Source: Macrostomum lignano
Lineage: Eukaryota
Assembly (NCBI GenBank): GCA_002269645.1
Contig: NIVC01001119.1
Location: 124,001-188,000, forward strand
Direction: 5' to 3'
DNA length: 64,000 bases
Positions within the stretch are counted from its first letter, which is position 1. Each line of letters starts with the position of its first letter. This document shows, piece by piece, positions 37,325-51,543 of the stretch. The translations under genes and the position numbers were made by a program. The notes under the pieces were generated by a model. The model was not told the origin of the DNA. It was given only the letters and a program-made list of their open reading frames with translations, and searched no databases.

Positions 37325-39300
37325 CCTGTCTACTTCTTGCTCTCCGATAGTCTATTTCTAGCTCTACCATTGTCTACTTCTTGCTCTCCGATAGTCTATT
37401 TCTAGCTCTCCGATTGTCTACTTCTTGCTCTCCGATAGTCTATTTCTAGCTGTACCATTGTCTACTTTCTAGCTCTCCGATAGTCTATTTCTAGCTCTCC
37501 GATTGTCTACTTTCTTGCTCTCCGATAGTCTATTTCTAGCTGTACCATTGTCTACTTTCTAGCTCTCCGATAGTCTATTTCTAGTTGTACCATTGTCTAC
37601 TTTCTAGCTCTCCGATAGTCTATTTCTAGCTGTACCATTGTCTACTTTCTTGCTCTCCGATAGTCTATTTCTAGCTGTACCATTGTCTACTTTCTTGCTC
37701 TCCGATAGTCTATTTCTAGCTGTACCATTGTCTACTTTCTTGCTCTCCGATAGTCTATTTCTAGCTCTCCGATTGTCTACTTCTTGCTCTCCGATAGTCT
37801 ATTTCTAGCTGTACCATTGTCTACTTTCTTGCTCTCCGATAGTCTATTTCTAGCTCTCCGATTGTCTACTTCTTGCTCTCCGATAGTCTATTTCTAGCTG
37901 TACCATTGTCTACTTTCTAGCTCTCCGATAGTCTATTTCTAGCTCTCCGATTGTCTACTTTCTTGCTCTCCGATAGTCTATTTCTAGCTGTACCATTGTC
38001 TACTTTCTAGCTCTCCGATAGTCTATTTCTAGTTGTACCATTGTCTACTTTCTAGCTCTCCGATAGTCTATTTCTAGCTGTACCATTGTCTACTTTCTTG
38101 CTCTCCGATAGTCTATTTCTAGCTGTACCATTGTCTACTTTCTTGCTCTCCGATAGTCTATTTCTAGCTGTACCATTGTCTACTTTCTTGCTCTCCGATA
38201 GTCTATTTCTAGCTCTCCGATTGTCTACTTCTTGCTCTCCGATAGTCTATTTCTAGCTGTACCATTGTCTACTTTCTTGCTCTCCGATAGTCTATTTCTA
38301 GCTGTACCATTGTCTACTTTCTTGCTCTCCGATAGTCTATTTCTAGCTGTACCATTGTCTACTTTCTTGCTCTCCGATAGTCTATTTCTAGCTGTACCAT
38401 TGTCTACTTTCTTGCTCTCCGATAGTCTATTTCTAGCTGTACCATTGTCTACTTTCTTGCTCTCCGATAGTCTATTTCTAGCTCTCCGATTGTCTACTTC
38501 TTGCTCTCCGATAGTCTATTTCTAGCTGTACCATTGTCTACTTTCTTGCTCTCCGATAGTCTATTTCTAGCTCTCCGATTGTCTACTTCTTGCTCTCCGA
38601 TAGTCTATTTCTAGCTGTACCATTGTCTACTTTCTTGCTCTCCGATAGTCTATTTCTAGCTCTCCGATTGTCTACTTCTTGCTCTCCGATAGTCTATTTC
38701 TAGCTCTCCGATTGTCTACTTCTTGCTCTCCGATAGTCTATTTCTAGCTGTACCATTGTCTACTTTCTTGCTCTCCGATAGTCTATTTCTAGCTGTACCA
38801 TTGTCTACTTTCTTGCTCTCCGATAGTCTATTTCTAGCTCTCCGATTGTCTACTTCTTGCTCTCCGATAGTCTATTTCTAGCTGTACCATTGTCTACTTT
38901 CTTGCTCTCCGATAGTCTATTTCTAGCTCTCCGATTGTCTACTTCTTGCTCTCCGATAGTCTATTTCTAGCTGTACCATTGTCTACTTTCTTGCTCTCCG
39001 ATAGTCTATTTCTAGCTCTCCGATTGTCTACTTCTTGCTCTCCGATAGTCTATTTCTAGCTCTCCGATTGTCTACTTCTTGCTCTCCGATAGTCTATTTC
39101 TAGCTGTACCATTGTCTACTTTCTTGCTCTCCGATAGTCTATTTCTAGCTGTACCATTGTCTACTTTCTTGCTCTCCGATAGTCTATTTCTAGCTCTCCG
39201 ATTGTCTACTTCTTGCTCTCCGATAGTCTATTTCTAGCTCTCCGATTGTCTACTTCTTGCTCTCAGATTGTCTACTTTTAGCTCACCGATTGTCTACTTC
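37325..39300. repeat. 44/45-bp satellite (dimer of 22-23 bp subunits) in SOCS7 intron 2
   Basis: CTCTCCGATAGTCTATTTCTAG + CTGTACCATTGTCTACTTTCTTG, about 44 copies, with a decayed tail to about 39520. Confidence 0.95.
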
Positions 39301-39999
39301 TAGCTCTCCGATTGTCTACTTCAAGCAATATTATTGTCTACTTCTAGTCATCCCGTTGTCTACTTTTATCTCCTTAGTATTCTACTTCATTTCCTCACAG
39401 TCCACTTCTATCTCTCCAATAGTCTACTTTCAACTCTCCCTATAATCTACCGCTATCTCTCATAGTCTACTTCTATCTTTCCTCATAATCTACTGTCATC
39501 CCCTATAGTCTACTTCTAACGCAGGCAGTAAATAATAAGTTGTGGTCTCAGGCACAGAGTGATTACCCAAATTCGTAGTCCTACTTTATGATCGTGATCC
39601 GCAATAAAATCAATGCAGCGTACAGATCATATTTGCTATAAACAGCAGAGAATTAGTGGCGGAATGGGCAGTGAAGACGGAACAGATTGCAACATGTGCT
39701 ACAATTTTCTATTAGCGCTACTTAGCGGCTAAACCGCTCCACCAAAACCATTAATAACTAGGAAGCCATTACGAGCAATAGAAGATTAACCGCCTTGAGT
39801 TTGCCCATAGGGTGAGTATTTTATTACCAGCTTATCTCCCCCCGCCAGGCTCTGATTTTTTGGAGCTACTGTATAAGCAGGAAGCTCGGGTCCCTTATCA
39901 TTGCTGTTCTCTGCCTAAGAGCAAAATAAACATAATTCTATATGTACAAGTAATATGCTAGATTAAGGGCTAAACTATAAAATGCCCGTCAATGGACCC

Positions 40000-40475
40000 A
40001 CATCCTCAGCCAGCCCTCCCAGATCCTCAGTTGCTGGGCCAGCCTCCCAGATCCTCAGTTGCTGGGCCAGCCTCCCAGATCCTCAGTTGCTGTGCCAGCC
40101 TCCCAGATCCTCAGTTGCTGGGCCAGCCTCCCAGATCCTCAGTTGCTGGGCCAGCCTCCCAGATCCTCAGTTGCTGGGCCAGCCTCCCAGATCCTCAGTT
40201 GCTGTGCCAGCCTCCCAGATCCTCAGTTGCTGTGCCAGCCTCCCAGATCCTCAGTTGCTGGGCCAGCCTCCCAGATCCTCAGTTGCTGGGCCAGCCTCCC
40301 ATATTCTAAGTTGCTGGGCCAGCCTCCCAGATCCTCAGTTGCTGGGCCAGCCTCCCAGATCCTCAGTTGCTGTGCCAGCCTCCCAGATCCTCAGTTGCTG
40401 GGCCAGCCTCCCAGATCCTCAGTTGCTGGGCTAGCCTCCCAGATCCTCAGTTGCTGGGCCAGCCTCCCAGATCCT
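40000..40475. repeat. 28-bp minisatellite at 5' end of SOCS7 intron 2
   Basis: About 17 copies of CCTCAGTTGCTGGGCCAGCCTCCCAGAT, starting about 24 nt from the donor. Confidence 0.95.
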
Positions 40476-40499
40476 CCAGCGCCACTGGCAGCAACTCAC

Positions 40500-40668
40500 C
40501 CTTGTTGTGCTCAATCCTGGTGTGATAAGTCTGGCTCCTGGCCCGGAAGCTCAGGCTCACAATATAAGAATCGTGGGCCGAATCGCGAACAAGAAACGTT
40601 CCATCTGGCCGGTTATTTAGCATGTCCTCGGCGTCTGTGCAGCTTAGCGGGCCGAAGTACCACGGTTT
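40500..40668 (-). CDS. SOCS7: SOCS7-like, exon 2 (SH2 N-terminal half); absent from the supplied ORF track
   Basis: CCCCAG|KPWYFGPLSCTDAEDMLNNRPDGTFLVRDSAHDSYIVSLSFRARSQTYHTRIEHNK-G|GTGAGT, with the SH2 signature FLVRDS. It is 169 nt and its phases match both neighbours. Confidence 0.95.
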
Positions 40669-41734
40669 CTGGGGTGGTGGAGTGGATAATTAGAATTGTT
40701 ATTTTAAAGCATATTGTACGCACCGAATATATAGAACTAAAAAACACATTTCGAAATTTCCTAAATCAAACTACATGTATACCTAAAACTAATATCTCTC
40801 AAACTAAATTATAAACTAAACTATACCTAAAATCTCTTCAAAACAAAACTGAAACCTTTAACATATAATATACTAAAAATCTTAAAAAAACCTTCAATAT
40901 AAAGTTTTTACAATCACATTCTGACTACAAGGTATTTATATTCAATATTTTTTCATAGTTTGAACATTAGTCAAAGAAAACATTGGCCAAAATAACAAAA
41001 ACACACAGGAACAACAGTAGCGCTTGTTGAGGTCGCGACCTAATTTCTGACTTTATAAGAAATATAGTACGAAGATTGAAAAACTGTTCTGCAATGGAAA
41101 CAGTAACACAAAGATAGATATGATCAAAATCCATCATTCAATACACACACAGCACTATGCACACACAGATTAGCCTATGATAGCAAACATTTACCCTACC
41201 TAGCTAAATTGTGTGGTTGCAACTGTCAGGAAACAGAAACACAGATAGAGAGAGAGGGGGGTATAGAGGGTGCAGAACACCTAGTCTGCTGCCATAATAA
41301 TTTCGTGCCAAAATTAAGTTGGCACTGTGCCAACTCCGGCCCCCAGCTGGGGTCCACAAGGTCAGCTTGGCACAAACAGAGAGAAAGTGACTTTCCCAGT
41401 AAGGTGGTAATTTTAAGGTCACACAGAATTTGGCACAACTGCACCTGCACCAAGAATTGATGGGTGCAACAAACTCGGTTTTCGATGCTTTAACAAAAAC
41501 AAACGGAAATGCAGCAGTTGGCGTATTTGTTACATTACATTAGGCAAGGGGATGAAAATAATAATTGCAATACGAGTGTACTCTATTTTAACCGTATTTT
41601 TTCTATTCTCATGAAACTTGCTGCACGATTTTTATGCTTTTGTGGTTTTATACACTCGCCTCAGTTTTCAGTAGTTAAGCGACAAAATTTTCTAGGTTGC
41701 TGAAATCGATCCGGTTCTAGATGAACATATACAG

Positions 41735-42765
41735 CCTGCCTGCCTGTCCTTGTCTGCCATCTGTGTCTAACTGTCCGTGTCTGCCATCTGTGTCTACCTG
41801 TCCGTGTCTGCCATCTGTGTCTACCTGTCCGTGTCTGCCATCTGTGTCTGTCTCTGTGTCTGTCAGACACCTGTCCGTGTCTGTCTCTCTGTCTGCCATC
41901 TGTGTCTACCTGTCCGTGTCTGCCATCTGTGTCTGTCTCTCTGTCTGCCATCTGTGTCTACCTGTCCGTGTCTGTCTGTGTCTGTCTCTCTGTCTGCCAT
42001 CTGTGTCTACCTGTCCGTGTCTGTCTGTGTCTGTCTCTCTGTCTGCCATCTGTGTCTACCTGTCCGTGTCTGTCTCTCTGTCTGCCATCTGTGTCTACCT
42101 ATCCGTGTCTGCCATCTGTGTCTGTCTCTGTGTCTGTCAGACACCTGTCCGTGTCTGTCTCTCTGTCTGCCATCTGTGTCTACCTGTCCGTGTCTGCCAT
42201 CTGTGTCTGTCTCTCTGTCTGCCATCTGTGTCTACCTGTCCGTGTCTGCCTGTCCGTGTCTGTCTCTCTGTCTGCCATCTGTGTCTACCTGTCCGTGTCT
42301 GCCTGTCCGTGTCTGTCTGTCTGTCTGTCATCCGTGTCTGCCTGTCCGTGTCTGCCTGTCCGTGTCTGTCTGTCTGTCTGTCATCCGTGTCTGCCTGTCC
42401 GTGTCTGTCTGTCTGTCTGCCATCTGTGTCTACCTGTCCGTGTCTGCCTGTCCGTGTCTGTCTGTCTGTCTGTCATCCGTGTCTGCCTGTCCGTGTCTGT
42501 CTCTCTGTCTGCCACCTGTGTCTGCCTGTCTGTGTCTGTCTGTCTGCCTATCTGTGTATGCCTGTCTCCCTATGTGTTTGCCTGTCTCCCTATCTGTGTC
42601 TGCCTGCCTGTCTATCTGTATCTGACTGTCTGCCTATCTGTGTCTACCGGTCTAGCTGTAACTGCCTCTCTGTCTGCCTATCTGTGTCTGCCTATCTGTG
42701 TCTGCCTGTCTGTGTCTGCCTGTCTGTGACTGTCTGCCTGTCTGCGTCTGTCTGTCTACTTGTAT
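41735..42765. repeat. about 27-bp CTGT-derived minisatellite decaying into microsatellite
   Basis: Units CTGTCCGTGTCTGCCATCTGTGTCTAC with length variants. Confidence 0.9.
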
Positions 42766-43704
42766 CTGAGGAACTCTCTAAAACCAGTTATTAATAGCAG
42801 TCACAAATGCATAATTTGGTTAGCTACTAAGCAAGTCATTCACTTGCATGGAAAACTGAGGCTTTCATTCTAATAATTAAGAAAAAGCAGACAATCTAGT
42901 TGTAGGTCTACACTTGGCACTGTGCCAACAGCACAAATAAGTACTATGCGCTTAGTAGCAAGCTTAGCTATTTGTGCTACCGTTTTTTCGTTTATTACGT
43001 ATATAATAATAAGAAATTCGCAGACGCAGTATAACTATACTGTAATATAATATAACTAGTAAACACAGGTTAACTATAGGTGTGGCGCCATCAATCCAAC
43101 AAGTTCAGCATTAATTTGTTCAGCAGACTAAGAGCGTCAGAGAAAACTCGATGTTGTAAAACCTAGCAGGAAAGACAGTTGCCTGCCAGATTATACGCCC
43201 TAGCAACCATGGCGTCAGGAGGAGACAGACGGACATAGCGGAATAGTTCAGGGTGGGCCAGCCAGTCAAGTTCGCCCAAGCCTTGGCTTGGTGGTCCAAT
43301 ATCAATCTATCTTACCTGCCTATAAACCCTATTCGTTTCCATGTGCAGTTGGCAACAACAAGTCCTTCGCTTCGGCTCTCTCTCTCCTCTTTCTCTCCTT
43401 ATCTCGTCCGTCTGGTGGCCTTGGCTTCCGTTGCATCCCTGCGTAGCTCAAACAGTCTAAGCTATTAGTTTGCTAGCAGTGCTAATGTATAGCTCTATAA
43501 TCCCTACATGCTTAATATGGTGGGCTGGCTAAGGCTAAAAAACTGACTACTATTGTTCCCTAATCCCACGCATACTCTGGCTCAATCCTTATTTTTAATT
43601 TGCATTTGCGGAAATCAACTCGAAAATATAACAAATCAGATTTTCAAGATTTGCCTTCAGAAAATATTATCGTAAAAACAGAGGCAAAGCCGACAAACAC
43701 CAAG

Positions 43705-45155
<1,451 letters not shown>

Positions 45156-45719
45156 GGTTCAGACAGCAAAATCCCGTCTAGTCGCGTTTAGTTCAGTTCA
45201 AACGCACACACAGCCGGCCTAGAAAGATGGATGACTCCACCATCACAGTAGCGTGAAGAGCCGATAGCGGCTATTAAAAAGTCCGATACCCAAATACCCC
45301 CTCGCCCTCCTAATCGCAATCGGATTGGACTCCGCCGCTGACGCTGATGAAGTCGTCAGTTTAAGCCAAATAATAAATTATGGACTATATATCTATGCCA
45401 GCTTAACTGTCATCGTACAGTGATATAGTGGCCAGCGGTAGATGGATAAATAAATATCCGCATAGGATTGCTGAGTTGGCTTGACCGCAATTCCGGGGAA
45501 AGCTGCTTAAACTCAGAAATAGTGCAACCGAGAAATTCTACTAACAAAATGGTTGGATTCTTGAGCTTTTGGGATTGGGAGTTATATAATGAGGATTTAA
45601 GGTACTTACATACTATGGGAAATATCGAGACTTAAAGACACAATATGGTGAATTCAGGGACTCACAGACACAGAATATGACAAATCCTAGGACTCGAAGC
45701 CACAATATATAGAACCCAG

Positions 45720-47712
45720 GGACTTAAAGTAACAATATAGGGAATCCAGGGACTCAAAGAAACAATATGGGGAATCCAGAGACTCAAAGACTCAATATTG
45801 AGAATTTAGGGGCTCAAAGAAACAATATGGGGAATCCAGGGACTTAAAGAAACAATATGGGGAATCCAGGGACTCAAAGACTCAATATTGAGAATTTAGG
45901 GGCTCAAAGAAACAATATGGGGAATCCAGGGACTTAAAGAAACAATATGGGGAATCCAGGGACTCAAAGACTCAATATTGGGAATTTAGGGGCTCAAAGA
46001 AACAATATGGGGAATCCAGGGACTTAAAGAAACAATATGGGGAATCCAGGGACTCAAAGAAACAATATGGGGAATCCAGGGACTTAAAGAAACAATATGG
46101 GGAATCCAGGGACTTAAAGAAACAATATGGGGAATCCAGGGACTTAAAGAAACAATATGGGGAATCCAGGGACTTAAAGAAACAATATGGGGAATCCAGG
46201 GACTTAAAGAAACAATATGGGGAATCCAGGGACTCAAAGACTCAATATTGAGAATTTAGGGGCTCAAAGAAACAATATGGGGAATCCAGGGACTTAAAGA
46301 AACAATATGGGGAATCCAGGGACTCAAAGACTCAATATTGGGAATTTAGGGGCTCAAAGAAACAATATGGGGAATCCAGGGACTTAAAGAAACAATATGG
46401 GGAATCCAGAGACTCAAAGACTCAATATTGAGAATTTAGGGGCTCAAAGAAACAATATGGGAAATCTAGGGACTTAAAGAAACAATATGGGGAATCCAGG
46501 GACTCAAAGACTCAATATTGGGAATTTAGGGGCTCTAAGAAACAATATGGGGAATCCAGGGACTCAAAGAAACAATATGGGGAATCCAGGGACTCAAAGA
46601 AACAATATGGGGAATCCAGGGACTCAAAGAAACAATATGGGGAATCCAGGGACTCAAAGAAACAATATGGGGAATCCAGGGACTTAAAGAAACAATATGG
46701 GGAATCCAGGGACTCAAAGACTCAATATTGGGAATTTAGGGACTCAAAGACAATATTGGGAATCCAGGGACTCAAAGACACACTATGGCAAATCAGGGAC
46801 TCAGACACACTATGGGAAATTTAGGGACTCAACGACACAACATGCGGAATTCAGGGACTTAAGGACACAATATGTGGAATCCAGGGACTCAAAGACTCAA
46901 TATTGGGAATTTAGGGACTCAAAGACAATATTGGGAATCCAGGGACTCAAAGACACACTATGGCAAATCAGGGACTCAGACACACTATGGGAAATTTAGG
47001 GACTCAACGACACAACATGCGGAATTCAGGGACTTAAGGACACAATATGTGGAATCCAGGGACTCAAAGACACAATATGAGAAATACAAGGACTCAAAGA
47101 AACAATATGGGGAATCCAGGGACTCAAAGAAACAATATGGGGAATCCAGGGACTTAAAGAAACAATATGGGGAATCCAGGGACTCAAAGACTCAATATTG
47201 GGAATTTAGGGGCTCAAAGAAACAATATGGGGAATCCAGGGACTTAAAGAAACAATATGGGGAATCCAGGGACTCAAAGAAACAATATGGGGAATCCAGG
47301 GACTCAAAGAAACAATATGGGGAATCCAGGGACTTAAAGAAACAATATGGGGAATCCAGGGACTCAAAGACTCAATATTGGGAATTTAGGGACTCAAAGA
47401 CAATATTGGGAATCCAGGGACTCAAAGACACACTATGGCAAATCAGGGACTCAGACACACTATGGGAAATTTAGGGACTCAACGACACAACATGCGGAAT
47501 TCAGGGACTTAAGGACACAATATGTGGAATCCAGGGACTCAAAGACACAATATGAGGAATCCAAGGACTCAAAGACACAATATGAGGAATCCAAGGACTC
47601 AAAGACACAATATGAGGAATCCAAGGACTCAAAGACACAATATGAGGAATCCAAGGACTCAACGACACAATATGTGGAATCCAGGGATACAAAGATACAA
47701 TATGGGAAAATC
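45720..47712. repeat. 30-bp satellite with higher-order blocks at 5' end of SOCS7 intron 1
   Basis: Unit GACT(C/T)AAAGAAACAATATGGGGAATCCAGG, more than 60 copies. A block of about 145-175 bp recurs at about 46741, 46916 and 47391. Confidence 0.95.
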
Positions 47713-47789
47713 GGAGACGAATTCTCTGAGAATCCAACAACCCTGAGATTTTCAGCAGCATTCATAAACGCAATAAATTAGTCACTCAC

Positions 47790-49172
47790 CCGCTTGAGTT
47801 GGCTGAGATTTTCCAAGAAACCAATAGCCAATTTGCTAGCGGAAGACTGTCGCTGCAAGGAAGAGCCTGCATTAGCGGACGCGGCCACCTGTTGCTGTCT
47901 AGATGCTCTCGGTGGTAGCCGAGGCGGCAATCGCTGTTGCGGCAAAGCCGACGCAGGCGCAGCCGGAGTCGCCGCCGGCCTGGTTACTATGGCAACGCCA
48001 GAATTTCCACCCGAACCAGCAGCAGAAGAAGCTAAGGAGGCCGCGGCGGCGGCTGACAACGGCACGGGCCGGTGCAGCGGCGGCGCCGTCAACAGTTGGA
48101 AAGCTGAAGGCGACGTGGACGAACCGGCAGACGACGAGTTGGACCGAGGAGGCGGCGGGCGTTGAAGCAGGTGCACGGGACTGAGACCGGTACGCCGTAG
48201 CGGACTTGGCGGATCCGGTGTCTCCGTCTGGAAGCTCCTGTGCTGCTGCTGCTGCTGCTGGCGACGTCGCTGACGGTGGGACGGTGGCAACGGTGGAGGC
48301 GAGGGCGGGAGAGGTGGCAGCGGCTCCGAAGGCGGAGGTGGAAGCAGCCGAGACGTCTGCTGTTGCTGCTGCTGCTGCGAAGGCATCGGCGGAGGCGGCG
48401 ACGGAGGCAGCTTACACGCTGCTTGCCGATGCCCATCAGTGAGTGCAGAAGCTTTGTCGCTCATCGGATCAACAGATGATGACGAGGATTCATTCTGCCG
48501 ACGAAACAGATTCTTCAATTTCGCCCGAAACCCGCCGCCACCGCCTCCAGGGGGCTTGGACTTGGCAGCGGACGCCGTTAGCAAGGATTTCTCCGACGAT
48601 GGGGCCAGAGAGTTGGACAGCTGATGCGGACTCGGCGCCGGGCCCTGCGACACGCTGCGGCGCCTGCCGCCGAAACCGGCCAGCCATTGTCGCCGGCGCC
48701 GTTTAGCCTGTTGGCCAGACTGCACTAATTGGCACGCTGTCAAAGGCCGGCAAGGCGGTATGTGGTTCACTGGGCTGTAGTTGCGGCGAGACTTATCGTT
48801 TGCTGCGGCCGCGGCGGTGGCGGCAGCTGCGGCCGCTGCTGCTGCGGCGGCGGCTGCTTCAGCTGAATCGGCGGGACAAAGCGGAGGGTGCAGCGGACAG
48901 GAGGCGGCCCGAGGCTGCGCCGGTTGCTGCGTCGGCGCGGGCTGATGCGACGCCTGGCGCGGATGCCGGCGCAACAGCAGGCTGGCGGCTGTGGAGCGCG
49001 CCGGGACAGGGGGCGGTGGAGGGGTGGGCGGCCGGGGCTGCGGCTGCAGACTGTACTGATGCTGGTGGTGCCGCATGGTGGCATCAGTATTGGGGAAGGT
49101 GGCGGCGGCGGCGGCTGCTGCTGCGGTTGACTGCATTAGCGAGCCGGGCCTGTGCCTAGTGCTGTCAATCAT
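47790..49172 (-). CDS. SOCS7: SOCS7-like, exon 1 (long Pro/Ala/Gln-rich N-terminus); model about 634 aa
   Basis: Long open GC-rich frame ending LAIGFLENLSQLKR|GTGAGT (phase 0), equivalent to the segment preceding the SH2 in SOCS7. The start ATG is uncertain (49172 or 49136). Confidence 0.85.
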
Positions 49173-51543
49173 GCACGCGTTGCCATGCAAAAAACGGCAA
49201 CAATAAATGCAGAAATTTATAAATTTGTACAGCACCAGATTTCATTGAATCAATAATTTCACAAGTTGTTGAGACTCTTGTAGGATTTCAAGGCTTCTAT
49301 CAATTATCAAATTTGAGTACTCTATAAACATGAAGTCTGTAGACTTTTACAAGTTCTTAAGTCAATTTTATTCAAAACTAAGATGAATACAAATTCCAGA
49401 CTCAATTTTTAAGACTCAACTTTATGACTATGATTAGAACATATTATATAAATCAAAGTTTTTTTTATAAACTATGTCCTTAAATTCTTAAATTTACAAT
49501 GTATACTAGAAATTCTGGCCTATAGACCATTTCTAAGACTAACAGGCTAGCATAGTGCGATGACATACAGAATAAAAAACTGCTGGAATGGTATATAAAC
49601 ATTTCAAAAAGTGTCTATGAGTATTATCTAGTGCATCATGAAAAAAGTTTCTGGTATAGCAAGGAGCACCTAAAATGTGTAGGTGTCTAATGCACATCTA
49701 TAGGTTTTCTAAAAGCTCTTGGTGCATATCCATAGGTTTTTTAATGAAAATATTTGAATGCTAAAATATTCTAATATTCTAAAAAAGCTTGGGTTTATAG
49801 TGCTATACTAAATACTATACTAAATACTTTTTAAATTTATTATTATATTGTCATTGTTTACTATATATCATTGCATATTACAAATTGTACTAATGTAATT
49901 TTAGTACAATTTATTAATGAGAAAAAAATAAATAAACTATAGAATAGCTTTAAAAATGCAAAAGTCTTCAAATAGAACACTTAGCAAGCATTTGCATTCA
50001 GCATAATCATTGATTATACAAAATAATTACTGCATTTTCTAGCATCTATGATCTAGTATAATCTAGACTAGCTACTTAAGTATAGTATTAATTCTTACTA
50101 CTTGGTTAATATTAAATTGAAGGTTAAAACATAAGATTCCAATAAGATTTTAAACATTTTAAAAATATTTTTTTAATAATTTTTTATTCTTTTTATAAAT
50201 CTTACTTTTTTAAATAAAAAGATCTAGCCTACTTTATTTTTGAAAGTTGATCAAAAGTTTTGTAAGTTTTCTAAATTCTTTATCTTAAATATTAATACTT
50301 TTAGCAGATGATTCTTTTATGTTCCCCTGCCCCTAAAAATTTCAAATTTTCATTTTTTCAGCTGAAAATGATTTTTTCAAGTAAATTTAATGTGAAATTT
50401 ATACCTTAAAATTGCTTATGCTTAATTGGATAGCTATATTAATTCTTTAAAAAAGTTAGCATAAACTTATACAATCAACTTTTTTACTTTAGCATGAAAC
50501 CCAAATTGAAAGGGAATAAAATTATTCAATCCATAGTTCAACATATAGAAAAATAACATGCAGTACTGGCAACGCACCCAACATAATTTAAGAATAACAT
50601 ACCTAGCTTCCACTATTGAGGACAATGTCAATGAAGGTAATATCCAACTAGGCCAGGCTGCCCACACTTATGAACCACAACTGTAGGTCACAATAAAGGT
50701 ATGAAGCCTACTCAGTTAGTATAGATTACCAATTGGACTTGTGAAGCCTCACAACCTTAGCTACCTATTGACCTCCCATTTGAGATGGCATTAGAGTGAT
50801 TAGACCAAATTCCTTAAGGATTTCTATCTAACAACATCTATATTAATTTAAGAAGAATAGCCAAGCATCAGCCCTATCTCCATAGTTTGGAACATCCTGA
50901 ATATATACCAGACTAAAATCTAGCACAATTTATTTGGTAAACTAGTGTATGCCAATTTTTTCTAACCCTGAAAAATTGTAATCTTTTAAAAAATGAGGCT
51001 CATTATGAGCTTTGTTTTTGGTGACGCAGTGTACCGAATGACTTTTTTTTTGCTAATATTCTTTATAGCAAAAAGTTAATATATGCCAAGATTTCTTTAA
51101 TTCTTTCAAAATAACTACTTTCCATTTAAATTTACTTTTATTACATAATTTGATTCTGCAACTGCAGAAACATGTAGACCAATTTTTCACTATACATTTT
51201 ATATTCCAGATTTCAAAAAAAATTGTATACCAAGTGTATGCCAAAAGTCATGAGTGTATGCTGGATTAATCCAGTATATCATCTTTCTTTCAGACTATGG
51301 CCCCACCTCTTATTGTTCATCTTTAATTAGCTCAATATTCTTGCATTACATAAAATATGGTTCTTAGATAGGACTTTTGATATTATCAATATGCTATTCA
51401 AGTAACTATACTCTATTCATTATTATATCCAACAAGGTATAACTATAAAGCAGGTTTTGCTGGCCTTTGCAATAATGTCAGGTAAGTCTTTGCTTAACTA
51501 TATAGTTATTTTTACTTTTTGAGATAGGGCCTTGGCAAGCAAT

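Noticed and set aside
46697-47781. DSKKQYGESR repeat ORFs as a secreted or structural protein
   Set aside because: They lie antisense within a SOCS7 intron, are frame-shifted between blocks, and have no start or splice context.
50467-50667. Reverse-transcriptase-like QFGF motif
   Set aside because: A single short motif with wrong upstream spacing and no other RT motifs nearby.
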